A program made the translations under genes and the position numbers. A stretch of 9,932 nucleotides of DNA from Candidatus Helarchaeota ASGARD archaeon Hel_GB_B (GTDB lineage: Archaea > Asgardarchaeota > Lokiarchaeia > Helarchaeales > HEL-GB-B): positions 1 to 9,932 of the forward strand of contig SUPR01000111.1 of NCBI GenBank assembly GCA_005191425.1, written 5' to 3'. This document shows positions 1 through 7,895 of the stretch, in pieces. Every line of letters begins with the position of its first letter. Positions within the stretch are counted from its first letter, which is position 1. The notes under the pieces were generated by a model. The model did no database searches. It was given only the letters and a program-made list of their open reading frames with translations, and was not told the DNA's origin.

Positions 1-2065
1 AATCAAGTCTTAAAGCGATATCTAAAATTGAGTCGCCATTTTTTAGTTGTTGAATAATTTCTAAAGATTGGTCTGGAGTAAAAAAACTTATGGCTGTTGC
101 TCTTCCAAGTTTTGTAATTATATATTTACCATTTTTTTTACTTAGCATATTTTTTTTGTTTAGTTCTTTCAACAAATAATGGAATTCTTCTTCTGCACTG
201 ATCATCTTATCATAAAAAATCTGTATTTTATTGAAATCTAATCCTGAAGCAATACTAGCAAGGAGTTGTGCTTCGACTTCTTCAGGTTCCGCTTCAATGG
301 TTATCATCTCTTCTTTACCATCTAAGAGCGAGAGCGCAATTTGGTCTTCTGTCTTATCCGAGTTAAAAGTTTTTAAACCTAATTCTACCAAAAGGACTAC
401 TTTACCTAATTTATGTCTTTTATAACGTCCAGCTCTACCTGCCATTTGTAAAAACATATTTTGACTTAGATAATCTTTTCCCATTTTCATTGAATAAAAA
501 ATAACTTGAGAAACCGGCAAATCAATTCCTGCTCCAAGGGCATAAGTCGCCACAACGCCTGGTATTTCACCATTTTCGATTTTCTCTTCAATTTTTTTTC
601 GCTCATAATAACTTAACCCAGAGTGATATGCCGGGATCTCTAGTTTATGTCTCATAAACATTCTAGATAATTGATAAGTACCATGTCTGCTATTTGTAAA
701 TATAATTGATGCTCCAAGTTCTTTTTCTTTCTTAACAAGAAATGTTAAATTTAATTCTTTTTCAACATTTGATTTACATAAAACTAAGTGTCGCTCCACT
801 GGAACCGGTCTTGAGTTATAAATTACAGGAATTAACCCAAGCTTTTTACTAATTTCTTGAGTATTTGCAATAGTTGCGGATAACCCAATAATTTGAGCTC
901 CAGCATAAATAACTCTTAATCTTGAAATAAGTCCATCAAGTTCTACTCCTCTGTCTTTATCTCCTAAAGTTTGGATTTCGTCGATAATTATCGTCTGTAT
1001 ATTATCAATTTTTGTAAATTCTCCCTTTCTAATTAAATAATCAAATGCTTCATAAGACGCACAAATTATATCTGCATCGTCTAACCTACTATCTATAATT
1101 ACAAGGTCCTCTCCTTTAACATTAATTCTAGACATACCTACTCTTATTGCAACATTTAGAATTTTTCCATATCTTTTTTTAAATTTCTCAAATGTTGAGT
1201 TAGTGAGCGCGACCAATGGTGCCAAATACAACATTCTTCCACCATTTAACGCCCTAGAAACTCCCGCTAATTCGCCGCACAGAGTTTTCCCTGCAGATGT
1301 TGGCGCAACAATTAATAGATTCTGTCCTTCTAATAATCCATTTGTTATCGCCAGATTTTGGACTGGTAAAAATTCAATATTTTCTTTTTTTAATATTTGT
1401 TTCAATTTAGTTGGAATCTTTAAATCATCTATTTTATATGCAAATATATTTGTTCTATTCTTATGAGGCTCAATTATATCATATAAAGTAAATTCTTTAT
1501 CCTTGGCAGCAATAAATCCTGGTTTTATGATATTTAAAATTCTATTCACATTTCTAAATTTATCTAATATTTTATTAATATTATTCAAAAATTGGTCCGA
1601 AAAACTAAAATTAATGTATTTTAATTCATTTTTTATTTCTTTTAATGCACATTTCTTACAAATAAATTCGTTATAATATAAATATGCATTTTTATAATTA
1701 ATTACATTTAATTTATCATTATTAAAACAGAATCTACATATTTCTACAATTTCATATTTAATTTGAAAATCATTTAACATTTTCATTATATTCTTTAGCT
1801 CATTTTCAAATATTTTCGGAATCAAGACCTTTTTTACACATTTCAACATCTTAAAAAATTCTTTATATTCAATAAAATCTTGAAGTCCTTGATATTTATA
1901 CCATATTTTATAAGGTCTAAATTGACCTTTTTTCTTTTCCATTAATTCTACTCTAATTACAATATCTCGCCTTATATTTTCTCTATTTATTATAGAAAAT
2001 ATTTTTACTTTATCTTTTTTATATGGTATAAATGCTAAAGCTTCTATTCTACTTTTAAAATTCAT
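1..2065 (-). CDS. Archaea-specific Ski2-like superfamily 2 helicase (ASH-Ski2 / COG1202 type); 3' end lies outside the window
   Basis: Manual translation of the minus strand from ATG at 2065 (MNFKSRIEALAFIPY...) gives 688 codons with no stop before the window edge. N-terminal domain has CX2CX22CX2C (CRFC...CKKC, 1738-1649). Helicase motifs: Q motif FLPVQ, motif I APTSAGKT (1306-1283), Ia LAPLVAL, the COG1202-like segment VAIRVGMSRI, motif II DEIQ (982-971), III LSAT, YHSGL, V ATYALGAGIDLP, VI QMAGRAGR (448-425). Confidence 0.93.
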   Translation of the reverse strand, partial: MNFKSRIEALAFIPYKKDKVKIFSIINRENIRRDIVIRVELMEKKKGQFRPYKIWYKYQGLQDFIEYKEFFKMLKCVKKVLIPKIFENELKNIMKMLNDFQIKYEIVEICRFCFNNDKLNVINYKNAYLYYNEFICKKCALKEIKNELKYINFSFSDQFLNNINKILDKFRNVNRILNIIKPGFIAAKDKEFTLYDIIEPHKNRTNIFAYKIDDLKIPTKLKQILKKENIEFLPVQNLAITNGLLEGQNLLIVAPTSAGKTLCGELAGVSRALNGGRMLYLAPLVALTNSTFEKFKKRYGKILNVAIRVGMSRINVKGEDLVIIDSRLDDADIICASYEAFDYLIRKGEFTKIDNIQTIIIDEIQTLGDKDRGVELDGLISRLRVIYAGAQIIGLSATIANTQEISKKLGLIPVIYNSRPVPVERHLVLCKSNVEKELNLTFLVKKEKELGASIIFTNSRHGTYQLSRMFMRHKLEIPAYHSGLSYYERKKIEEKIENGEIPGVVATYALGAGIDLPVSQVIFYSMKMGKDYLSQNMFLQMAGRAGRYKRHKLGKVVLLVELGLKTFNSDKTEDQIALSLLDGKEEMITIEAEPEEVEAQLLASIASGLDFNKIQIFYDKMISAEEEFHYLLKELNKKNMLSKKNGKYIITKLGRATAISFFTPDQSLEIIQQLKNGDSILDIALRLD

Positions 2066-2319
2066 TTATCAAACACAACAAGTAGTAAATTTTTTTAATA
2101 ATTGAATCTATTAATTCAATATCCTTGTTAACTTTGTAAAATTTTTTATTATAATTATTGAATTAATCAAAAAATGCATTTATTATAAATTTTATTTCAT
2201 TTTATACTATTAATATTAAAAATTATTTACACTTACACTCATCCGATGAAAAATCGATACATAAAAATTCTGTTAAATTTTAGTAATTTAGAAATGATAA
2301 ACAATTTAGAAACTAAAAA

Positions 2320-4119
2320 GTGAAGTATTTGGTATCAGAGAAATTTTTATTTTTGCCTATGGACTTAAGAGAGGCAAAAATGAAGGGCTGGGACTATTTG
2401 GATGTCATTCTTATTACTGGCGACGCGTATGTAGACCACCCCGCATTTGGCGCTGCTGTTATTGGCAGAGTCCTAGAAAACATCGGGCTTAAAGTAGGTA
2501 TAATTTCCCAGCCACAAGATCAAGAAGATTATACTTGTTTAGGAACTCCAAGATTATTTTTTGGGATTACTGCTGGAAATTTAGATTCAATGTTAAGTAA
2601 TTATACTCCTTTGAAAAAGAAACGGGATAGAGATGTCTATTCTCCGGGTGGAAAAGTTGGGCTGAGACCTGATCGCGCGATAATTCATTATACTAATAAA
2701 GTCAAGAAGTTTTTCAAAAAAATTCCCATAATTATTGGTGGTATAGAAGCCAGTTTAAGAAGATTCGTCCATTATGATTATTGGGACAACAAATTACGGC
2801 GTTCCATTTTATTTGATTCAAAAGCTAATTTACTTGTTTATGGAATGGGTGAAAAACCCATTATTCAGGTCGCTAAAGATTTAAAAAATGGTAAATCAAT
2901 AAACGAACTCCAAAATATTAGGGGTACTTGCGTAAAAATTAAATCTCCACCTAAAAATGCTCTATATCTTCCATCTTATTCAGACCTAAAAAGTGAGAAT
3001 GACAAGTTAATTGATGCATTTTTGCTAATTCATAAGAATTCCAATCCATATACTGCCAAACCTCTTGTCCAGCTCCAAGATAACTTATTTTTACTACAAA
3101 ATCTTCCAATATTACCACTAAAATCCTCGGAATTGGACAATATTTATGAACTACCTTATCAATATAAGCCGCATCCAAAATATAAGGAAGAAATTCCTGC
3201 GTTCAAAACTGTTGTTAATTCGATAATTACTCATAGAGGCTGTTTTGGTGATTGTAATTTTTGCTCCTTAACTATTCATCAAGGTAAAATTATTCAAGAC
3301 CGCTCCATAGAATCTGTCATACGCGAAATAAAAAGGATTTCAAAATTGGATTCCTTTCATGGCACAATCTCTGATTTAGGCGGCCCATCTGCAGAGATGT
3401 TTGGCTTGGACTGTAAAATTAAAAAGTATTGTACTGATAAAAGTTGCTTGCTACCAGAAATCTGTCCCCATCTTGTAATCGATTTCTCGAAATTCAAATT
3501 ATTATTGAATAAAGCTCGCAAAATTCCTGGCATAAAACACATATTTATTAGTTCTGGCTTTAGGTTTGATTTATTACTTGAAGATAAAGAATTCTTAGAA
3601 GAACTCCTAAGAGACCATATCTCAGGTCAATTGAAAATTGCTCCAGAACATATAATTGATTATATTACTGTAAAAATGATGAATAAAGTTTCATCTAAGA
3701 AGTTTTTTACGTTTTACAAACAATTTAAAGAAATAACTAAAATGATCGGTAAAAAAATATTTTTAGTCCCCTATTGGATGTCTGCACACCCTGGTACCTC
3801 ATTAGAGCACCAAATAAAACTTGCTGAATTTCTTAAGAAAAACAATTTATACGTAAAACAAACTCAAACCTTTACACCAACTCCCATGACTGCTTCCACG
3901 TGTATGTATTTTACTGGAAAAGACCTAAATAAAAATAAAATTCATGTCCCCTACACTTTTAAAGAGAAAAAATTGCAAAAATCATTACTTCATTTTAAAG
4001 ACCCTAAACAATATGATAAAATTAGAGAGGCATTAAAATTGTGTAAAAGAGAAGATTTAATTGGAAGCCACAAAAATGCACTAATCAAAAACATTACCAA
4101 GAAAAAAAATCATTCTTAA
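2320..4119 (+). CDS. ygiQ: YgiQ family (UPF0313) radical SAM protein
   Basis: 599 aa. YgiQ-type N-terminus FLPMDLREAKMKGWDYLDVILITGDAYVDHPAFG, plus GITAGNLDSM, IIGGIEASLRRFVHYDYW, radical SAM motif RGCFGDCNFC (CX3CX2C), DLGGPS, GQLKIAPEH, YWMSAHPG and QTFTPTPMT. The start is uncertain (GTG 2320 or TTG 2329; no clear RBS). Confidence 0.93.
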   Translation: MKYLVSEKFLFLPMDLREAKMKGWDYLDVILITGDAYVDHPAFGAAVIGRVLENIGLKVGIISQPQDQEDYTCLGTPRLFFGITAGNLDSMLSNYTPLKKKRDRDVYSPGGKVGLRPDRAIIHYTNKVKKFFKKIPIIIGGIEASLRRFVHYDYWDNKLRRSILFDSKANLLVYGMGEKPIIQVAKDLKNGKSINELQNIRGTCVKIKSPPKNALYLPSYSDLKSENDKLIDAFLLIHKNSNPYTAKPLVQLQDNLFLLQNLPILPLKSSELDNIYELPYQYKPHPKYKEEIPAFKTVVNSIITHRGCFGDCNFCSLTIHQGKIIQDRSIESVIREIKRISKLDSFHGTISDLGGPSAEMFGLDCKIKKYCTDKSCLLPEICPHLVIDFSKFKLLLNKARKIPGIKHIFISSGFRFDLLLEDKEFLEELLRDHISGQLKIAPEHIIDYITVKMMNKVSSKKFFTFYKQFKEITKMIGKKIFLVPYWMSAHPGTSLEHQIKLAEFLKKNNLYVKQTQTFTPTPMTASTCMYFTGKDLNKNKIHVPYTFKEKKLQKSLLHFKDPKQYDKIREALKLCKREDLIGSHKNALIKNITKKKNHS

Positions 4120-5465
4120 TTTTCTCTTGAGTTATTATAGGTCATCATTGACTGCAATGCTTCTAACGCTCTTTCTATATTTTGTATATATGTAGTTATT
4201 TGTAAATTTTTTAGTCCATTAAGGATTCTTGTCAATGATGGTCTTTCAGTTTGAATTATCACTGCGATTATAGGTTTATTAGGGAATTTTCTTTTTAAAT
4301 GTTTAAATTTTTCTTCTACATCAAATTCAATTTCCTTGAAAATTTCTAAAATAATTATGATTGCATCGATATTAGGGTCGTTCAATAAGGTCTCTGCAGC
4401 TATTCTATATTTTTCTCCCACTTCTTCTCCATCAAACCTTGTTGGGGGCCAATAATCTACAGGATTATATTGTTGATTGCATTTATGGAGGACATTTTCT
4501 CGTAATATTAATTTTGATTGCTCTGTTAATTCTCCAAGTTCAAATCCATAATCATTTAATTTTGATATTATCAATGACAATGCCCCGCTACTAGGTCCAA
4601 TGAGTCCAATTTTATTTCCCTTTAATTGTGGGTTCTGGACAAAAGCTTTTGAAATTTCAAATAAATCTTGATAATCACTAACTGGAATTGCATTAAATTT
4701 CTCAAGAATATTTATTGGTGAATCTTTTGATGGTTTCAAAAAGAGAATTGGCTTTATTTTTGATATTTCTTTAACTTTTTTGCATAATTTTTCATTAATT
4801 TTTCTTAAAAATAAGAGAATCACTTTTGTTTTATCATCTTCACCTAAATATTCAAGTACTTCCGATTCATTAACATCACATGCTTCACCTAAATGAACTA
4901 TTTTACTAAAACCTATACCATGTTCTGGATTCCACCACCCACAACCACCAGCTAATCCTCCACTCTGAGCAATATAACCAACATTTCCCTCTTTTAATAT
5001 ACACCTCACCGGAATGATTGATGTTGTAAAATCATTATTAAAATTAATTATACCTATAGTATTTGAACCTACTATCCTAACATTATTTTCTTTTGCCATT
5101 TTTTTTAGTTTTAGTTCCATATTTTTTGTCAAAAACGAACTTTCAATCATTAAAAATTTTACTCCCAATTTAATACATGCTTCAGTGGACTTCATTACTT
5201 TTTGGGGTGGTAATACTACTATCCCTAAATCTGGAACTTCAGGAAGATCTGAAATTGCTTTAAATGGTTTTATCCCTAAAATTTCATCTTCATTTGGGTT
5301 TACAAGAAATATTTTACCCTTATAATTAAGTGTTTGCAGATTTTTTACAATCTGATACCCAAATTTTCCTACTTTTCCTGAAGCACCACAAATTAAAACA
5401 CTTCTTGGATTAAAAAACGGCTCAAGACTCCTATTCTTTTGATTTTCTAATTGTATTTGTTTCAT
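4116..5465 (-). CDS. Acetate/acyl-CoA ligase (ADP-forming, ACD) alpha-subunit homologue; CoA-binding protein apparently lacking the catalytic phospho-His loop
   Basis: 449 aa. CoA-binding Rossmann N-terminus (FFNPRSVLICGASGKVGKFG, VNP, DLPEVPDLGIVVLP), GSNTIG (family consensus GPNCLG), AQSGG, HLGEACDVNESEVLEY (consensus SxGNxxDV), and a C-terminal flavodoxin-like domain with NPVD and DPNIDAIIII. No ATP-grasp or GNAT domain is fused. The SHTG motif is absent. Confidence 0.85.
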   Translation of the reverse strand: MKQIQLENQKNRSLEPFFNPRSVLICGASGKVGKFGYQIVKNLQTLNYKGKIFLVNPNEDEILGIKPFKAISDLPEVPDLGIVVLPPQKVMKSTEACIKLGVKFLMIESSFLTKNMELKLKKMAKENNVRIVGSNTIGIINFNNDFTTSIIPVRCILKEGNVGYIAQSGGLAGGCGWWNPEHGIGFSKIVHLGEACDVNESEVLEYLGEDDKTKVILLFLRKINEKLCKKVKEISKIKPILFLKPSKDSPINILEKFNAIPVSDYQDLFEISKAFVQNPQLKGNKIGLIGPSSGALSLIISKLNDYGFELGELTEQSKLILRENVLHKCNQQYNPVDYWPPTRFDGEEVGEKYRIAAETLLNDPNIDAIIIILEIFKEIEFDVEEKFKHLKRKFPNKPIIAVIIQTERPSLTRILNGLKNLQITTYIQNIERALEALQSMMTYNNSREN

Positions 5466-5469
5466 ACTA

Positions 5470-6570
5470 TCACGATAAATACCTATACGCTTCTTTTAAT
5501 GCACTACATGAATTACAACGCACACATCCGGCCTTATTTTGAAATGGATTCAGAGAATTTTTATGTAAAATCTTTCCTAATTCACTATATATATTTAATA
5601 GGTCATCATATTCTGGTATTTTGATATCTTCTAATTTTGCTCCACTTATTGGTCTAACTTGAACAGGAAATGGTATTACCTCTAAATTTGCTATTTTCTC
5701 AAGATTTGCTATTAAATCCTCTATAGATTTTTCTAACCCAATTAAATAATATGTATCAACTTGATTTTTTCCAAATATGTCCAAACAATATCTCCAAGCA
5801 TTAATAAATGTTTCAATACTTGAACTATTCGATTTACCCGGACAATATTTACTAAAACTTTCTGGGTTCATTGTTTCTATATGTACCCCTATTGTTTCTG
5901 CCCCTGCATCATGTAATTTATCAAACCATTTAAAATCTTTTGGCGGTTCAACTTGTACGTGAATTGGTACCCCTAAAGTACTTAATTTTCTGACTATTTT
6001 CTCCATATATTTTGCGCCTTTATCTTCACTATTTACTGTCCCTGTTGTTAATGTAATATGTTTACACACCCCTTCTTCTATCGCAGATTGAGCGGTTTCA
6101 TACAAATCAATTGGATCTTTTTTAGCTACTGTTTCTGCTCTTTTTAACGACTCTTCAATACCGCAAAATACACATTGCTGCCCTGTCCTCCAATAATAAC
6201 ATCTTTGATTTACCGTAGTCGCCAAACAGTCCTCTCCATGAATCAATGCTATTTTTCTCATCATAATATTGTTTGATGTTTTTTTATCATAATAATCATA
6301 TCTTGATGGAATAAGCTCAACTTTTACTAATTCCTTCTCTTCTCTCCAAATTTCAAACTCATTATCTTCATATCTTAATTCAAATATTGATTCTTTTACA
6401 AATTTTGGCCATGTAGGGACATTTGCTATTATGTCTTTCGCTAATCTCAAAAACCTTCCTCCAGCTGGCCCTGCACCAGACCTACGGCCTTTACCTCCAA
6501 ATCTCTTATCATCAAATTTCAAACCATGACAAAATAACTCTATTTTTAATTTTGCTAAATCTTTTAACAA
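5470..6570 (-). CDS. Radical SAM protein, MSMEG_0568-like (TIGR04043 / biotin-synthase-related COG2516 group)
   Basis: 366 aa, TTG start with AAGGAG 10 nt upstream. Matches remembered family features: GRRSGAGP, KIALIHGEDCLATTVNQ, C124-X8-C133-X2-C136, HITLTTGT, IHVQVEPP, GVHIE, PGK, FGKNQVDTY, and C-terminal KAGCVRCNSCSAL (CX2CX2C). Confidence 0.85.
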   Translation of the reverse strand: MLKDLAKLKIELFCHGLKFDDKRFGGKGRRSGAGPAGGRFLRLAKDIIANVPTWPKFVKESIFELRYEDNEFEIWREEKELVKVELIPSRYDYYDKKTSNNIMMRKIALIHGEDCLATTVNQRCYYWRTGQQCVFCGIEESLKRAETVAKKDPIDLYETAQSAIEEGVCKHITLTTGTVNSEDKGAKYMEKIVRKLSTLGVPIHVQVEPPKDFKWFDKLHDAGAETIGVHIETMNPESFSKYCPGKSNSSSIETFINAWRYCLDIFGKNQVDTYYLIGLEKSIEDLIANLEKIANLEVIPFPVQVRPISGAKLEDIKIPEYDDLLNIYSELGKILHKNSLNPFQNKAGCVRCNSCSALKEAYRYLS

Positions 6571-6580
6571 ACTTTAATTT

Positions 6581-6586
6581 CTCCTT
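6581..6586 (-). promoter_or_regulatory. Shine-Dalgarno site (AAGGAG) for the radical SAM gene
   Basis: The minus strand reads tttaaAGGAGaaattaaagtTTG, with 10 nt between the motif and the TTG at 6570. Confidence 0.7.
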
Positions 6587-6789
6587 TAAATCAAAATCAC
6601 TTTTTTCATACTAATTATCTCATAACTAATGAACTTTTTTATACATTATTTAAAATTAAGTATTAACAATTTTTTAATATATAAAGTAAAATTTTCCCTT
6701 TATTACGATTTGACATTAAAAAAATTTAATAAAAATATAATCATGAATAATTTTTATAATCCATTTTATAAAATTAAATATTCTTTTTA

Positions 6790-6998
6790 TTAATATCATT
6801 TTTCTCGTTATTATTGTATCTGTTTTAGTAAATAATCATGTTTTTCTACCAGTATCTTTTAGTTTTTCCTAATACAATTCCTTTTTGGTCGTATTGTTTT
6901 CTTATTAAATTCTTTATTCAATATTTCTAAAATTCTTAATGCTTTAGGAATATCAGAAAATTTGACTCTTGGATTTTTTATGTTTGTTTTTTATCCAT
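6790..6998 (-). pseudogene. Possible decayed small gene (frameshifted, internal stops); weak resemblance to a winged-helix protein
   Basis: Minus strand is purine-rich here, like real sense strands in the window, and has a 43-codon stop-free stretch (6990-6862: KTNIKNPRVKFSDIPKALRILEILNKEFNKKTIRPKRNCIRKN). An out-of-frame ATG at 6998 and a second frame (ENNTTKKELY*EKLKDTGRKT*) can be joined by single-base changes in A-rich tracts. No family recognised. Confidence 0.25.
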
Positions 6999-7244
6999 GA
7001 ATGTTTATATCTGACGCTATATGTTGATTTTATGGTATTAATTAAATTGATATTTAGATGTATAATTGTGAATCCCTTTTAACTATCTTCACAAGCTGTA
7101 ATTTATATTTCCTTCATAAAAATATTAATTAATTATTATTAAATATTGCAAAATTTATTAAAACAATACAATCTCTATTAAATTAAGTATCAATACAAAA
7201 AATAAATTATCAAAAAATTGAATTAATAATTTAATTAGAACATT

Positions 7245-7250
7245 AAGGTG
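7245..7250 (+). promoter_or_regulatory. Shine-Dalgarno site (AAGGTG) for the HIT gene
   Basis: cattAAGGTGttaaattttaATG, 10 nt spacing; complementary to the archaeal 16S rRNA 3' tail (CACCU). Confidence 0.55.
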
Positions 7251-7260
7251 TTAAATTTTA

Positions 7261-7737
7261 ATGAGGTCTTTATTTGCTGGTTGGAGAATCGAATTAATTG
7301 AGAGAAAAAAGGAAAATGGGTGTATTTTTTGTAAATTTCCCGCAGAAAATAATGATGAAAAAAATCACATTATAAAAAGGGGTAAATTTTCTTTCATAAT
7401 TTTAAATGCTTATCCTTATTCGAATGGTCATTTGATGGTCGTCCCTTATGCTCACAAATCATCTCTTGATGAATTGACTGATGATGAAGCTCTTGAAATG
7501 TTTGAAATGAAAAAGATGGCTATAAATGCAATAAAAAAAGCAATGAACCCAGATGGATTTAATATTGGTATGAATCTTGGTAGTGAAGTTTCTGGTGCAG
7601 GTATTCCTGGTCATATTCATTGGCATATTGTCCCTAGATGGCGTGGAGATCATAACTTTATGGCAGTAATTGCTGATACAAGAGTAATTCCAGAGGCACT
7701 AGCCAGCACATATAAGAAAATTAAGCAATTTTTATAG
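7261..7737 (+). CDS. hit: HIT family nucleotide hydrolase/phosphorylase (FHIT-like, Ap4A phosphorylase Rv2613c-like subgroup)
   Basis: 158 aa. Histidine triad GHIHWHIVPRW, plus CIFC, LNAYPYSNGHLMVVPYAH, PDGFNIGMNLG, an N-terminal LFAGWR (cf. LWAPWR) and a C-terminal NFMAVIADTRVIPEAL. Confidence 0.92.
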   Translation: MRSLFAGWRIELIERKKENGCIFCKFPAENNDEKNHIIKRGKFSFIILNAYPYSNGHLMVVPYAHKSSLDELTDDEALEMFEMKKMAINAIKKAMNPDGFNIGMNLGSEVSGAGIPGHIHWHIVPRWRGDHNFMAVIADTRVIPEALASTYKKIKQFL

Positions 7738-7895
7738 AATATTTTTATTATAATAAGAAATAATTAGAAATTATATTTATAAAAAGTCAATTCTATATAA
7801 CTAATTAAAAATAAAATTTAGAAAATATAATTTAAACCAAAAATATAATCAATTTAATATCAATTATAATGTATTTTCAAAAGTAAGTGATTTAA

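Noticed and set aside
231-1466. ORF-track entries 231..425 (+) and 1203..1466 (+)
   Set aside because: Both are antisense shadows inside the ASH-Ski2 gene, with no recognisable motifs.
2101-2120. Inverted repeat ATTGAAT-N6-ATTCAAT in the helicase/ygiQ divergent spacer, with a similar TTGA-N5-TCAA at 2158-2170
   Set aside because: Could be an operator, but short AT-rich arms are expected by chance in so AT-rich a spacer, and no regulator gene supports it.
2951-3542. ORF-track entries 2951..3178 (-) and 3357..3542 (-)
   Set aside because: Both lie antisense inside ygiQ, with no motifs or RBS.
131-4110. Runs of 7-8 A or T inside genes (e.g. 132-139, 592-599, 4102-4109) as possible phase-variation tracts
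   Set aside because: All frames are intact, and such runs are normal for Lys/Asn/Phe codons in AT-rich DNA.
6586-6609. Seven-codon ORF MKKVILI* on the minus strand whose stop overlaps the radical SAM RBS
   Set aside because: ORFs this short are frequent by chance, and it has no RBS or informative codon content of its own.
5014-6614. ORF-track entries 5014..5325 (+), 5777..5962 (+) and 6423..6614 (-)
   Set aside because: Antisense or alternate-frame overlaps of the ACD-like and radical SAM genes. The hydrophobic look of 5014..5325 is the expected mirror of an A-rich sense strand.
7745-7756. Perfect 12-bp palindrome TTATTATAATAA just after the HIT stop
   Set aside because: Made only of A and T in a very AT-rich spacer; too weak for a stable hairpin or a confident binding site.
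2066-7895. Archaeal TATA/BRE promoters, terminators, CRISPR repeats, tRNAs, riboswitches or IS ends in the intergenic regions
   Set aside because: The spacers contain many TATA-like strings (e.g. TTTATATA near 6678-6685 on the minus strand) that cannot be told from background. No regularly spaced repeats, GC-rich structured RNA or terminal inverted repeats were seen.
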